From: Dubosiella newyorkensis
Lineage (GTDB): Bacteria > Bacillota_I > Bacilli_A > Erysipelotrichales > Erysipelotrichaceae
Direction: 5' to 3'
DNA length: 32,000 nucleotides
NCBI RefSeq assembly: GCF_001945605.1
Contig: NZ_MPKA01000056.1
Coordinates: 28,987-60,986, forward strand
Below the pieces are notes generated by a model. The model was not told where the DNA came from. It made no database searches and saw only the letters and a program-made list of their open reading frames with translations. The translations under genes were made by a program, and so were the position numbers. Each line of letters opens with the position of its first letter. Position 1 is the first letter of the stretch. Below, one piece after another: positions 5,426 to 16,396 of this stretch.

Positions 5426-6857
5426 CGCTCACTTCGATCTTATTGAGCGCATAATAAACGATCGTTCCTCTCGCTTCTGTCTCTAACGAAAGCTTCCAGC
5501 CCTCTTTTGGATAAGCTCTAGAAGAAAAAACAGTGTATCCATCGTTCACAAAGATCTCGATCGAAGAGGCATCTATAAAAATTTGAAGATCCTCGATTGC
5601 ATCTAACTCAATACCGCGCATATCTCGACCGTAGCCACTCTCCTTCATCGATAAGGAAAGAATGCTTCCATCAAAAGAAAGCTGGATATCTTCGTTCAAA
5701 TGAAGCACGAAAGGCTTTGAATGATCAAAATGAATATCCAATTCAAATTGCTTCGTTTCTGGCGCATACGAGAAATTCTCAAAAGAAAACTCTTTCTTTT
5801 CGTTTCGCAACGCTTCTAGCTCCTTCAATGGTGTTTGATAGAGCCGCCCCTCTTTGGCGCGTAATTGCCGAGGGATTGTAAAGGCATGCTGCCATTCATA
5901 TTTTAGAGTGGGCTCATTCGTATAAGGGGCATCGCCCATCCCCATCCATCCAAACTGGATCCGCCTTCCTTGTTCATCCAAAAAGCTTTGAGGGGCATAA
6001 TAATCAAAGCCGCGATCTAGCTCGATAAACGGACCAAATTGATATTCCATTGTATCAAAATCGAGTTCCAGCTTACAATATCCCGTTTGGTAAACATTTC
6101 GATACTCTAAGCCTTGGGCTTCTAGTCCTTGAGGAGAAAAGACGAGAAACAACTCTCCATCCAATTCAAACAAGTCAGGACATTCCCACATATATCCAAA
6201 ATCAGGAATCGAAAGTCGGTCGAACAAAGACCAATGACGCAGATCCTTCGAAGAATAGATCAATAGAAGTCCATGCGAATCTTGATCTCGAGCGCCTAAC
6301 ACCATATAATACGTATCTTTTCTTTTCAAGATCTTTGGATCTCGTACGTGGGTCGACATATCTTGCGGATAATCCGAATTCTTTAAGAGCCACTCCTTTT
6401 CGGTATGATGGAAGCCATCTTGGCTCGTCACCAATATTGTATTCTGCTCTCTTCCATTGTTGCAGTAGTCATAATCATCGCGATCAAAAAGCTTTACATT
6501 TCCAGTGTAGAAGAAATAAATCGTTCCATCTTCCACAAATGCGGATCCACTATAGACGCCTCTTTCATCCGCTCTCGTATCCGCGAACAAGAACGGTTCA
6601 TGCTCTTGGAAACGAATAAAATCCTTCGTCGTATAATGGCCCCATAGCTTCGTTCCGCCTTTCGGTTCAAAAGGAGAATATTGATAATAAATATGATACG
6701 TTCCATCGATCTGACATAAACCGTTCGGATCGTTCAGCCAGCCCATTGGCGGTTGAATATGATACGCCAAACGATACGGATCGTTCTTGACGAGCTCCCT
6801 TTTTTCTTTCTCATCTTTCATGCGCTTTTCATACATTTCTCGATTCATCATGACCAT
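5415..6857 (-). CDS. scrB: Sucrose-6-phosphate hydrolase / GH32 beta-fructofuranosidase
   Basis: GH32 motifs WLNDPNG, RDP (HVRDPK) and WECPD. 480 aa. AAGGGTGA lies 6 nt before the ATG. Confidence 0.9.
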   Translation of the reverse strand: MVMMNREMYEKRMKDEKEKRELVKNDPYRLAYHIQPPMGWLNDPNGLCQIDGTYHIYYQYSPFEPKGGTKLWGHYTTKDFIRFQEHEPFLFADTRADERGVYSGSAFVEDGTIYFFYTGNVKLFDRDDYDYCNNGREQNTILVTSQDGFHHTEKEWLLKNSDYPQDMSTHVRDPKILKRKDTYYMVLGARDQDSHGLLLIYSSKDLRHWSLFDRLSIPDFGYMWECPDLFELDGELFLVFSPQGLEAQGLEYRNVYQTGYCKLELDFDTMEYQFGPFIELDRGFDYYAPQSFLDEQGRRIQFGWMGMGDAPYTNEPTLKYEWQHAFTIPRQLRAKEGRLYQTPLKELEALRNEKKEFSFENFSYAPETKQFELDIHFDHSKPFVLHLNEDIQLSFDGSILSLSMKESGYGRDMRGIELDAIEDLQIFIDASSIEIFVNDGYTVFSSRAYPKEGWKLSLETEARGTIVYYALNKIEVSDGD

Positions 6858-6863
6858 ACTTTA

Positions 6864-7349
6864 TCACCCTTTCTTTTTAGTATATAAGACGTGCTTTGTC
6901 TTATAACCTTCGTCGATTTGTTCGCTTAAAGCTTTACTTTCATAATCATTTGGATCGAATTTTGGAAAATACACTTCCGCTTCTTCGCAGGAAGCTTCGA
7001 CTTCTGTCAGAATCAATTGATCGGCATAGGGAAGCATTTGACGATAGATCTCGCCTCCACCAATCACAAAGATCGTATCTTCTCTCTTTTGATACGCTTC
7101 TAAAAAAGCGGAAATCGAAGAAAATGTTTCTACAGATGGATCATCGAAAAGACGAGACGTTAAAACGATATGATGACGGCCTGGCAGCTTGCCTGGCAAA
7201 GATTCAAATGTTTTTCGTCCCATGACGATCGGATGCCCTTTTGTCGTCTCTTTAAAAAAACGCAAGTCTTTCGGGAGGTGCCAGATCATATGATTCTCTT
7301 TGCCAAGCTCACGATTCTTTCCGATTGCCGCAATCTCAACCAATTTCAT
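6864..7349 (-). CDS. folA: Dihydrofolate reductase
   Basis: 161 aa. IAAIGKNRELGKENHMIWHLPKDLRFFKETTKGHPIVMGRKTFESLP is a typical DHFR. Adjacent to thyA. Confidence 0.93.
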   Translation of the reverse strand: MKLVEIAAIGKNRELGKENHMIWHLPKDLRFFKETTKGHPIVMGRKTFESLPGKLPGRHHIVLTSRLFDDPSVETFSSISAFLEAYQKREDTIFVIGGGEIYRQMLPYADQLILTEVEASCEEAEVYFPKFDPNDYESKALSEQIDEGYKTKHVLYTKKKG

Positions 7350-7358
7350 ATTTGCCCT

Positions 7359-8231
7359 CTATTGCGTTAATGGAAAAGCGATCTTTCCCATATGAGAATA
7401 ATTTTCCAGCTTAAAATCTTTACATTCTAAGCTCGAATCAAACGCGTAAAAATCTTTGATATCCGGATTGAGCCATAAAATGGGCGCCGGAAGCGATCCG
7501 TTCTCATCGTATCTCTTGATTTGTTCGCGGATCCCATCGACTTGATTGACATAAATATGAGCATCCTTGATCGACCAGTCAATCGTGCCCGCTTGATAGC
7601 CGCACACTTGAGCGATCATTTTCAATAAAAGAGCATATTGAGTCACGTTAAAAGGAAGTCCTAAAGGAACATCGCAGCTTCTTTGATGGACAAGCAAGTT
7701 TAATGTTCCATTGGTCACATCCCATTCGGTGCTCCATACACAGCTTGGAAGCACCGCATTATCGAGTTCCGCATCTTGCCATAACGAAACAACACGCCTA
7801 CGATCCTCCGGATCGTTTTTCAAGGAATCCAAAAGACGATCGATCAATTTATATTTTTTTACGATATATCCATAAGCCGTACCAATCGTGTGAGCGTATT
7901 TTGGATCAAAATGCTTGAGCACCTCACCCGTTTCTTCACTGATCCAATCTCCGTTTTCATCGATTTCCCATTTATCCCAAATATGAACATTGCGATCTTG
8001 CAGCCAACGAACATCGTTGGACTGTTGCTGATAGATCCACAACATTTCCAAAGCCGCTTGGCGAATGAATAGCTGCTTTGTCGTCAAAATAGGAAATTCC
8101 TTTGAAACATCGATTTGAAAATGATAGGAAGGCAGCTTGATCGAATTGATCCCGGTTCGATTTTCTACCTCGACTCCTTGAGCAAGGATATCTTTGCACA
8201 GCTGAATATACGTATCATCCCACTTTGACAT
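7359..8231 (-). CDS. thyA: Thymidylate synthase (ThyA)
   Basis: 290 aa. RTGINSIKLPSYHFQIDV.., LPSCVWSTEWDV (catalytic Cys context) and HQRSCDVPLGLPFN motifs. Confidence 0.95.
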   Translation of the reverse strand: MSKWDDTYIQLCKDILAQGVEVENRTGINSIKLPSYHFQIDVSKEFPILTTKQLFIRQAALEMLWIYQQQSNDVRWLQDRNVHIWDKWEIDENGDWISEETGEVLKHFDPKYAHTIGTAYGYIVKKYKLIDRLLDSLKNDPEDRRRVVSLWQDAELDNAVLPSCVWSTEWDVTNGTLNLLVHQRSCDVPLGLPFNVTQYALLLKMIAQVCGYQAGTIDWSIKDAHIYVNQVDGIREQIKRYDENGSLPAPILWLNPDIKDFYAFDSSLECKDFKLENYSHMGKIAFPLTQ

Positions 8232-9075
8232 TCGCGTCCTTCTCCAATCGATCTGGATTGTTTTTTAATATTTCATCCGTCACAAAATGGGCCAAAGCGT
8301 CTTCATCGTTCGTATACGAAGAAACGACATCCGCCACCGCTTTCACATCCTCGGTCGCGTTTTTCATCGCGACACCGTATCCAACATCCTCTAGCATCTC
8401 TTTATCGTTTGGTGCATCGCCAAACGCGACGACATGCACTGGATCGATTCCATAATGTTCGCAAATTTTTTGGATCCCAAACCCTTTATTGATCATCGGA
8501 TCCGTATATTCGTATAAATTATCAGCGGTCGCGTAGCTTGTGAATCGATCAGAAGAGAATGTGGCGGCCCGCGCCTTGACTTGGTCCATATAAGAAGGAT
8601 CGATAAATAAGATCAATTTATTGACCTTTCTTCCTTTCAAGAATGTTTCCAAGTCGGTCAAGATCTCATTTTCGCAAAACAATTTGGCATGCGCTCTTGT
8701 CTCTTCGGTCGACTTGTTGACATAACGATCGTTTCCCACCATCACTTGGAAGATCACATCCATATCTTTGTAGTGTTCCATGATTTCTAGGATCGTCTCT
8801 CCATCCATCAAATGGTATTGTTCTTTTTCTTTCGTTCGCATGTCGTAGATCACTCCGCCATTCATCCCGATCAAAAAGGAAATATCGTCTTCAAGTCCCC
8901 AATCCTTTACGAGAATGATCCCCGATTCGACAGGTCTTCCCGATGCGATCCCGAATAAGATTCCGTGATTTTTTAACTGTTTGAGAGCTTCACGCGTTTC
9001 TGGCGTCACTTTCTTTTGACTATTCAACAGCGTCCCATCAAGATCGCTTGCTACTAATGTTACTGTTTCACTCAT
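8215..9075 (-). CDS. Cof-type HAD-IIB phosphatase
   Basis: DLDGTLL motif I, GRP.. motif II, GDAPNDKEM motif IV. 286 aa. Confidence 0.85.
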   Translation of the reverse strand: MSETVTLVASDLDGTLLNSQKKVTPETREALKQLKNHGILFGIASGRPVESGIILVKDWGLEDDISFLIGMNGGVIYDMRTKEKEQYHLMDGETILEIMEHYKDMDVIFQVMVGNDRYVNKSTEETRAHAKLFCENEILTDLETFLKGRKVNKLILFIDPSYMDQVKARAATFSSDRFTSYATADNLYEYTDPMINKGFGIQKICEHYGIDPVHVVAFGDAPNDKEMLEDVGYGVAMKNATEDVKAVADVVSSYTNDEDALAHFVTDEILKNNPDRLEKDANVKVG

Positions 9076-9094
9076 CGCTTCTCTATTCTTCTTT

Positions 9095-10474
9095 CTATTT
9101 ATTGTGTTTCAAAAAAGCACTGTAGCCTTTTTTGGCTTCGTAAACATCCGCTTTGCTTGCCAATTCAAAAGGAGAATGCATGCTTTGGAGCGGAACACCT
9201 GAATCGATCACTTCCATACCGTAGTTGGCTAAGATGTAGGCGATCGTTCCCCCGCCGCCTTGATCGACTTTTCCTAATTCGCTTGTTTGCCATATCACAT
9301 CGTTTTCATCAAAGATCTTTCTTAGCTTGGCAATATATTCAGGATTGGCGTCATTGCTTCCTCCTTTGCCTCTTGAACCGGTATATTTCGCAAAACACAA
9401 CCCGTGTCCAAATTGAGCCATATTTTCATGCGGACTCGAAACAGAAGCATAATTTGGATCGTGAGCGGCTACGACATCGTTGCTGAGAGCTTCTGAATTT
9501 TGAAGAGCTCTTCGCACCTTGAGATCGGATGCTTGCCCCATCGCTTCAAAGATCTCCGCGATAAAGTTTTCAAAGAATCGTCCATGCATTCCTGTAGCGC
9601 CTACACTGCCGATCTCTTCTTTATCGACCAACAGTAAAGCGGCCGTGCGTTGTAGATTTTCTTGTTCAAGCATAGCCATCAAAGCGGTATAGGCGCATAC
9701 GCGATCGTCTTGTCCATAGCCTAGGACCATGCTTCGATCCAGACCGCACGTTCTCGCTTTCCCTTGCGGCACGATCTCGAGCTCTGCGGATACGAAGTCT
9801 TCTTCATCAATGCCATAGCTGTCTTTTAAAATGCGTAACACATTCTTTTTTACCGCTTCTTTTTCTTGATCATCTTCTGGGATCGAGCCGACGATCAGAT
9901 CGAGAGAATCCCCCTCTACGAATTTTGAAGCGCTTTTCTCCATTTGATCCGAGGCAAGATGCGGCAAAAGATCGGTGATCACGAACACAGGGTCTGAATC
10001 ATGTTCTCCAATTTCTACGTCGATACTCGTTCCATCTTTTAAAACGACCACTCCATACATCGCAAGAGGCAGCGTAAGCCATTGATACTTTTTGATCCCT
10101 CCATAATAATGGGTATCGAAGTAGGCAAGTCCATCTTGTTCGTAGAGCGGATGCTGTTTTAGATCCAATCGAGGAGAATCAATATGCGCACCTAATATAT
10201 TCATTCCTCGTTCAAGATCCTCTTCTCCTAGATGAACAAGGACGATGGATTTTCCCATCATGTTAAAATACACTTTATCTTGCGGCTTGAGAGATTCTTT
10301 GTTGTAGATGATCTCATTCATATTTCGATAGCCTAGACCTTCGGCTAATTCAATGATTTGATCGACACATCGGCGTTCCGTCTTTCCTTTCGATATAAAA
10401 CGGATATACATGTCGTTAAAATCCATAACATCCTGTTTTTGTTGTGGTAAATATGTTTTCCAAGCGTTACTCAT
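9095..10474 (-). CDS. M18-family aminopeptidase
   Basis: Typical M18/aminopeptidase I sequence (GAHIDSPRLDLK, LLVDKEEIGS, MHSPFE). Start moved to ATG 10474-10472 (MSNAWKTY..). GGAGGA lies 7 nt upstream, and the ATG overlaps the murI TGA as ATGA. The 10543 start in the ORF track would overlap murI by 73 nt. Confidence 0.85.
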   Translation of the reverse strand: MSNAWKTYLPQQKQDVMDFNDMYIRFISKGKTERRCVDQIIELAEGLGYRNMNEIIYNKESLKPQDKVYFNMMGKSIVLVHLGEEDLERGMNILGAHIDSPRLDLKQHPLYEQDGLAYFDTHYYGGIKKYQWLTLPLAMYGVVVLKDGTSIDVEIGEHDSDPVFVITDLLPHLASDQMEKSASKFVEGDSLDLIVGSIPEDDQEKEAVKKNVLRILKDSYGIDEEDFVSAELEIVPQGKARTCGLDRSMVLGYGQDDRVCAYTALMAMLEQENLQRTAALLLVDKEEIGSVGATGMHGRFFENFIAEIFEAMGQASDLKVRRALQNSEALSNDVVAAHDPNYASVSSPHENMAQFGHGLCFAKYTGSRGKGGSNDANPEYIAKLRKIFDENDVIWQTSELGKVDQGGGGTIAYILANYGMEVIDSGVPLQSMHSPFELASKADVYEAKKGYSAFLKHNK

Positions 10475-11238
10475 TGTGATTCCTCCATTCTTTGGTAAAG
10501 CTGTTTGGACTGTTCGATCTTTTCTGGCATCGTGTTCCGCCATTCGATCGAACCTCCCTCACAATTCAATAAACCCTTTTCTTCGAGAAGATATCGGACG
10601 TGGTGAGCCGTTCCTTCGTTTCCGTCTAAAATGCTGATCGTATCTGGCAGCTTCTTTTTAAGATGCTCTTTATAAAAAACAAAATGCGTGCAGCCAAGGA
10701 CGATCGAATCTGCTTGATGGGAGCGCGCTAGAGAATCCTCGAGCGCTTGATCGACAGCTTCTTCATCCGACAATCGATCTTCTTCCACTAGACGAACAAG
10801 CTGCGGAGAAGGCACCTTATAGATCGTATGAGAATCTTTGAATCGATCCATCAAGTCTGCAAATTTCTTTTCTTTCAGCGTGAAGTCCGTCGCCCAGACC
10901 GCGATCGACTGCTTTGGATCTTGATCGGCAGCCACCTTGAGGGCTGGCTCCATACCCACAATATCGATCGGGTATTTTTTTCGTAATGTATTGACACAAG
11001 CGCTCGTTGCCGTATTGCATGCGATCACGATCATCTTTACGTTTGCTTCCATGAGCTCATCACAGATCGCAAGACATAAAGAAAGCAGCTCTTCTTCGCT
11101 CTTTATGCCATAAGGATTGTGGATCGAATCCCCAATATAGAGCAGATCTTCATGAGGAAGCTGCTTATGTATTTCCGCAAGGACACTGATCCCGCCTAAT
11201 CCTGAATCGAACACACCGATCGGACTCGTTTTATCCAT
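10471..11238 (-). CDS. murI: Glutamate racemase
   Basis: 255 aa. VFDSGLGGISV, IACNTAT and LGCTHF catalytic-Cys motifs. GGAGG lies before the ATG. Confidence 0.95.
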   Translation of the reverse strand: MDKTSPIGVFDSGLGGISVLAEIHKQLPHEDLLYIGDSIHNPYGIKSEEELLSLCLAICDELMEANVKMIVIACNTATSACVNTLRKKYPIDIVGMEPALKVAADQDPKQSIAVWATDFTLKEKKFADLMDRFKDSHTIYKVPSPQLVRLVEEDRLSDEEAVDQALEDSLARSHQADSIVLGCTHFVFYKEHLKKKLPDTISILDGNEGTAHHVRYLLEEKGLLNCEGGSIEWRNTMPEKIEQSKQLYQRMEESQ

Positions 11239-11288
11239 CTTCCAACCTCCATTTGTTTCTATTCTACACTAAAAAAAGAGCAAAAACG

Positions 11289-11318
11289 AAAAAAGGACTG
11301 AATTGGATCACTTCAGCC
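11289..11318 (-). terminator. Intrinsic terminator upstream of murI
   Basis: Minus strand: GGCTGAA (11318-11312) / 9-nt loop / TTCAGtCC (11302-11295), followed by TTTTTT (11294-11289). Confidence 0.6.
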
Positions 11319-11473
11319 CTCTTTAAAACAAAGATCCTACAGCTAGAGATCCTTTGGGAGAGGATCGAACGTGCACTATGACTACCTAGGGATTAGCATA
11401 GTCTAGTTGCAGGAAAAAGCGTTAGTCCTTTTTAAGCACTTTCAGTATACTTTAAAACCGATGAACGTGTCCC
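11319..11473 (-). promoter_or_regulatory. Unclassified structured leader / candidate attenuator with its own promoter-like signal
   Basis: GGGACA - 18 nt - TATACT (11473-11444). AAAAAGGACT (11433-11424) is a 10/10 complement of the 3' arm plus T-run of the terminator at 11289-11318. Internal hairpins at 11375-11402 and 11348-11366. See findings. Confidence 0.35.
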
Positions 11474-11524
11474 TTTTTTGGAATACATAGTCGTTTAAAC
11501 GGTAAAATTGACTCTGGTAAATAT

Positions 11525-13024
<1,500 letters not shown>

Positions 13025-13065
13025 TTATACCTTTAGAATTCGATTTAAAAAATCGAAACAGCGTA

Positions 13066-13091
13066 ACAAAAAAAAGCAGATTTCTCTGCTT
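13066..13091 (-). terminator. Intrinsic terminator of the his operon
   Basis: Minus strand: AAGCAGA / GAAA / TCTGCTT (13091-13074), followed by TTTTTTTT. The hisE stop codon sits in the 5' arm. Confidence 0.75.
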
Positions 13092-13413
13092 ATAAATTTT
13101 CGATCGGTTTTCGTTCCGGCTTAAGGTTATGCGTCTTTTGATCTCTTTTTTCCATGACCTTCTGGATATCTTCTAAAGTGATTCCTTCTTCGGCCATAAG
13201 CACCATGAGATGATAGATCAAATCTCCATATTCGTTGATCAAATCTTCTTTTTGATCCATACACGAAGCGATGATCACTTCGGTGCATTCTTCTCCAACT
13301 TTCTTTAAGATTTTTTCTTTCCCTTTCTCAAACAAATACGCTGTATAGCTTCCTTGTTCCGGATTGGCTTTACGATCTAAGATCGTTTGAAAAACCTTCT
13401 GATAAATATCCAT
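13090..13413 (-). CDS. hisE: Phosphoribosyl-ATP pyrophosphatase
   Basis: 107 aa. SYTAYLFEKGKEKILKKVGEECTEVIIAS is a typical HisE. Last gene of the his cluster. Confidence 0.93.
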   Translation of the reverse strand: MDIYQKVFQTILDRKANPEQGSYTAYLFEKGKEKILKKVGEECTEVIIASCMDQKEDLINEYGDLIYHLMVLMAEEGITLEDIQKVMEKRDQKTHNLKPERKPIENL

Positions 13414-13415
13414 GT

Positions 13416-13733
13416 CTACTCCTCTAAATTTCTATAAAAACAAGTTTTATGGCCCGTATGACAAGCCGCTCCTTCTTGCTCGACTTTAAGAAGAAGCGTA
13501 TCTTGATCGCAATCGATCAAGATTTCTTTGACATGCTGATAATGGCCACTCGTTTCTCCTTTTATCCATAATTCGTTTCTTGAACGAGACCAATAGGTCG
13601 CCAGCTTCGTCTCCAGCGTTTTTTGAAGGCTCGCCTCGTTCATATACGCGAGCATGAGCACTTCAAGAGTATGAACATCTTGCACGATGACAGGAACGAG
13701 TCCATTTCCTTTTTTAAAATCGACTTGGATCAT
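13416..13733 (-). CDS. hisI: Phosphoribosyl-AMP cyclohydrolase
   Basis: 105 aa. LVPVIVQD.., [38 protein letters not shown] motifs. Confidence 0.93.
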   Translation of the reverse strand: MIQVDFKKGNGLVPVIVQDVHTLEVLMLAYMNEASLQKTLETKLATYWSRSRNELWIKGETSGHYQHVKEILIDCDQDTLLLKVEQEGAACHTGHKTCFYRNLEE

Positions 13734-14491
13734 GGCCTTACGACAACTCCTTTCGATTCTAGATACACCTTTACATCCTGCACTTTGAGCTCTCCATAAT
13801 GGAATAAGCTGGCCGCCAATGCCGCGTCGGCGCTTTTCGTTTCAAAGACCTTTAAAAAGTCTTCTAATTTACCGCAGCCTCCCGAAGCGATCACAGGAAC
13901 AGGAACAGCGTTTCGGATCGATCGACATAAAGGAAGATCAAATCCTTGCTTCGTGCCGTCCGCGTCCATGCTCGTAAGCAAGATCTCGCCGGCCCCAAGC
14001 TCTACTGCCTTTTTAGCCCACTCGATCGCGTCCAGGCCGGTGTCGATCCTTCCTCCATTCACGACTACGTTCCAGCCCGTATCGTCTTTTCGTCGCTTGG
14101 CATCCAACGCTAAGACGATACATTGATTTCCAAACATTTTCGCGCCCTCTTCGATGAGCTGTGGATTTTTTACAGCTGCCGAATTCAAGGAAACCTTATC
14201 GGCGCCAGCTAAAAGGATCTTGCGAATGTCTTCGATTGTACGGATTCCGCCTCCCACCGTAAAAGGAATATAGATCGTTTTAGCCACTTGTTCTACAAGA
14301 TCAACGATCGTATCCCGCTTTTCATGGGTCGCGGTAATATCTAAAAACACAAGTTCATCCGCGCCCTGCTCATAATATTTTTTCGCGAGCTCAACTGGAT
14401 CACCTAGCTCTTTCAAGCCGACAAAATTGATTCCTTTTACGACTTTTCCATCTTTGACGTCAAGACACGGGATGATCCGTTTTGTCAACAT
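13730..14491 (-). CDS. hisF: Imidazole glycerol phosphate synthase, cyclase subunit
   Basis: 253 aa. [20 protein letters not shown].. is a typical HisF. 4-nt overlap with hisI. Confidence 0.95.
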   Translation of the reverse strand: MLTKRIIPCLDVKDGKVVKGINFVGLKELGDPVELAKKYYEQGADELVFLDITATHEKRDTIVDLVEQVAKTIYIPFTVGGGIRTIEDIRKILLAGADKVSLNSAAVKNPQLIEEGAKMFGNQCIVLALDAKRRKDDTGWNVVVNGGRIDTGLDAIEWAKKAVELGAGEILLTSMDADGTKQGFDLPLCRSIRNAVPVPVIASGGCGKLEDFLKVFETKSADAALAASLFHYGELKVQDVKVYLESKGVVVRP

Positions 14492-15213
14492 GTTTTATCT
14501 CCATGGCTTACATCGATTGCTTCCTTAAGATCGAGCGTTTTGGCGTAGATGCTTTTGCCGACGATCGCTCCGTGCACGCCAAGCTTTTTGAGCGCCTTGA
14601 TATCTTCGATGTCTTTGATCCCTCCTGAAGCGATCAGATCCACATTCACACTGTCTTTGAGCTGTTGGAGCATTTCCAGGTTCGGTCCAGAAAGCGTGCC
14701 ATCTTTAGAAATATCGGTAAATATGATCGTCTTGACGCCAAGCTGTTCCATTTGTTTGGCGAAATCAAGGTAATTCACTTTCGAGTCATCGAGCCATCCG
14801 GCCACACTGACAAATCCATCTTTACAATCGATCCCGACAACGATCCGCTCTCCATACCGTTTCAGAGCCTCCTTCAAGATTTCTGGCTCTTTTAACGCCG
14901 CTGTTCCTAAAATGACGCGGTCTACACCCGCATTCAAATACGCTTCGATATCTTCCATGGTGCGGATACCACCACCCACTTCTACCTTCATTCCTGTCTC
15001 GTCAGCGATCCGTTTGATCAACGGAAAATGGATCCGCTCTCCATATTTCGCACCATTCAGATCTACTAAATGTAAGTATTCTGCCCCGAGATCGTTAAAA
15101 TATTGGGCGCTTTGTTGTGCTGAAGGCGAAACCTGGACCTGGCTTTCATAATTGCCTTGATAAAGCCGCACAGGCTTTCCATCCAATAAGTCGATTGCTG
15201 GTAATATGATCAT
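14485..15213 (-). CDS. hisA: ProFAR isomerase
   Basis: 242 aa. [20 protein letters not shown].. is a typical HisA. Overlaps hisF and hisH. Confidence 0.95.
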   Translation of the reverse strand: MIILPAIDLLDGKPVRLYQGNYESQVQVSPSAQQSAQYFNDLGAEYLHLVDLNGAKYGERIHFPLIKRIADETGMKVEVGGGIRTMEDIEAYLNAGVDRVILGTAALKEPEILKEALKRYGERIVVGIDCKDGFVSVAGWLDDSKVNYLDFAKQMEQLGVKTIIFTDISKDGTLSGPNLEMLQQLKDSVNVDLIASGGIKDIEDIKALKKLGVHGAIVGKSIYAKTLDLKEAIDVSHGDKTC

Positions 15214-15818
15214 AATTCTCCCTTTCCAAATGCTTTCAAGATCGACAATCCCACTTCACCGCTTTTTTCAGGATGAAATTGGGTGCCATAAATATGGTTC
15301 CGTTTCACGAAACCAGGAATGATAAAATCTCCATAATGAGAGTACGCCACTAAGTCATCGGGATCAAAGCCTATGCCATAATATGAGTGATCATAATACA
15401 CAAAGCTTGGTTCGATTGGTGTATATCCCTCCATAGGTTTCCACTCTAGCGAATTCCAGCCGATATGAGGAATCCGCAACCGTTCATCTTTCATCAAGAT
15501 GACTTTACCGGGCAAAAACCCAAAACATTCGACTCCCCCATTTTCTTCGCTGGACTCGAACAAAGCTTGCATCCCTAAACAGATTCCTAATATTGGTTTT
15601 TTATGCTCCAAAACTTGTTCTTTGATCCAGTCGAAGAGATCTTCTTTTTTTAATGTATCGATACAATCTTTCATGGCTCCAACGCCTGGCAAGATCAAAC
15701 GATCGCATTGGGCGAGCGTGTCTTTATCGTTAGAAATCAGCGCTTCGATCTGCAGATGATCGCACGCGTTTTTGACACTGTGCAAGTTTCCCATTCCATA
15801 ATCGATGATCCCGATCAT
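15210..15818 (-). CDS. hisH: Imidazole glycerol phosphate synthase, glutaminase subunit
   Basis: 202 aa. [14 protein letters not shown] and GICLGMQ (catalytic Cys) motifs. Confidence 0.95.
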   Translation of the reverse strand: MIGIIDYGMGNLHSVKNACDHLQIEALISNDKDTLAQCDRLILPGVGAMKDCIDTLKKEDLFDWIKEQVLEHKKPILGICLGMQALFESSEENGGVECFGFLPGKVILMKDERLRIPHIGWNSLEWKPMEGYTPIEPSFVYYDHSYYGIGFDPDDLVAYSHYGDFIIPGFVKRNHIYGTQFHPEKSGEVGLSILKAFGKGEL

Positions 15819-16396
15819 TCTAACACTCCTTTGCTCGAAACGATTTGATCGGAATCGATTTGGATCGCTTGTTTTAGGGCGCGTCCAAACGCTTTGAAGA
15901 TCGCTTCGATTTTATGATGGTCGTTATTGCCATAATGAACATTGATATGCAAAGTCATTCCACTTCGAGTCGCCAATGCCCGAAAAAACTCTTCCGTCAT
16001 TTCGGTGGAATATGTTCCGATCATCTCCCGCTTTGTTTCGCAATGATAGACTAGATAAGGTCTTCCGCTTAAGTCAAGATCGACAGAGCAGAGAGTTTCA
16101 TCCATAGGGATCGTGAAACTTCCATAACGATGGATCCCTCGCTTGTCCTGCAGAGCGACTTTGATCAGATCCCCCAAAACGAGGCCGCAATCTTCGATCG
16201 TGTGATGATCGCAGACCTCGAGATCGCCTTTGGCTTCTAGGAAAAGGTCGCATCCAGAATGGAAGGCGAATAAAGTGAGCATATGATCAAAAAAACCAAT
16301 GCCTGTCTTAATCTTGCTTTGAGAGCTTCCATCCAAGACGATCTGCGCTCTTACTTCTGTTTCTTTTGTGCTTCTTTCGATTGCCGCTTCTCTCAT
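15815..16396 (-). CDS. hisB: Imidazoleglycerol-phosphate dehydratase (monofunctional)
   Basis: 193 aa. RSTKETEV.., GIGFFDHML and DHHTIED motifs. No fused phosphatase domain. Confidence 0.95.
   Translation of the reverse strand: MREAAIERSTKETEVRAQIVLDGSSQSKIKTGIGFFDHMLTLFAFHSGCDLFLEAKGDLEVCDHHTIEDCGLVLGDLIKVALQDKRGIHRYGSFTIPMDETLCSVDLDLSGRPYLVYHCETKREMIGTYSTEMTEEFFRALATRSGMTLHINVHYGNNDHHKIEAIFKAFGRALKQAIQIDSDQIVSSKGVLE

Noticed and set aside
10475-10543. N-terminal 23-codon extension of the aminopeptidase ORF (MAEHDARKDRTVQ..)
   Set aside because: It would overlap murI by 73 nt and has no RBS. ATG 10474 has GGAGGA at ideal spacing and an ATGA stop/start coupling with murI.
11362-11370. GTTCGATCC (minus strand), resembling a tRNA/tmRNA T-loop
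   Set aside because: Flanking bases do not form a T-stem, and there is no acceptor stem, D-arm or CCA context. A tRNA or tmRNA cloverleaf cannot be drawn.
6858-11524. Possible THF (folate) riboswitch controlling the thyA-folA containing unit
   Set aside because: None of the conserved THF-riboswitch blocks I remember (AGAGUAG, CGCGUUAAG, GCGAGAGCGC-like) occur in 11239-11524 or in the short gaps before thyA/folA.
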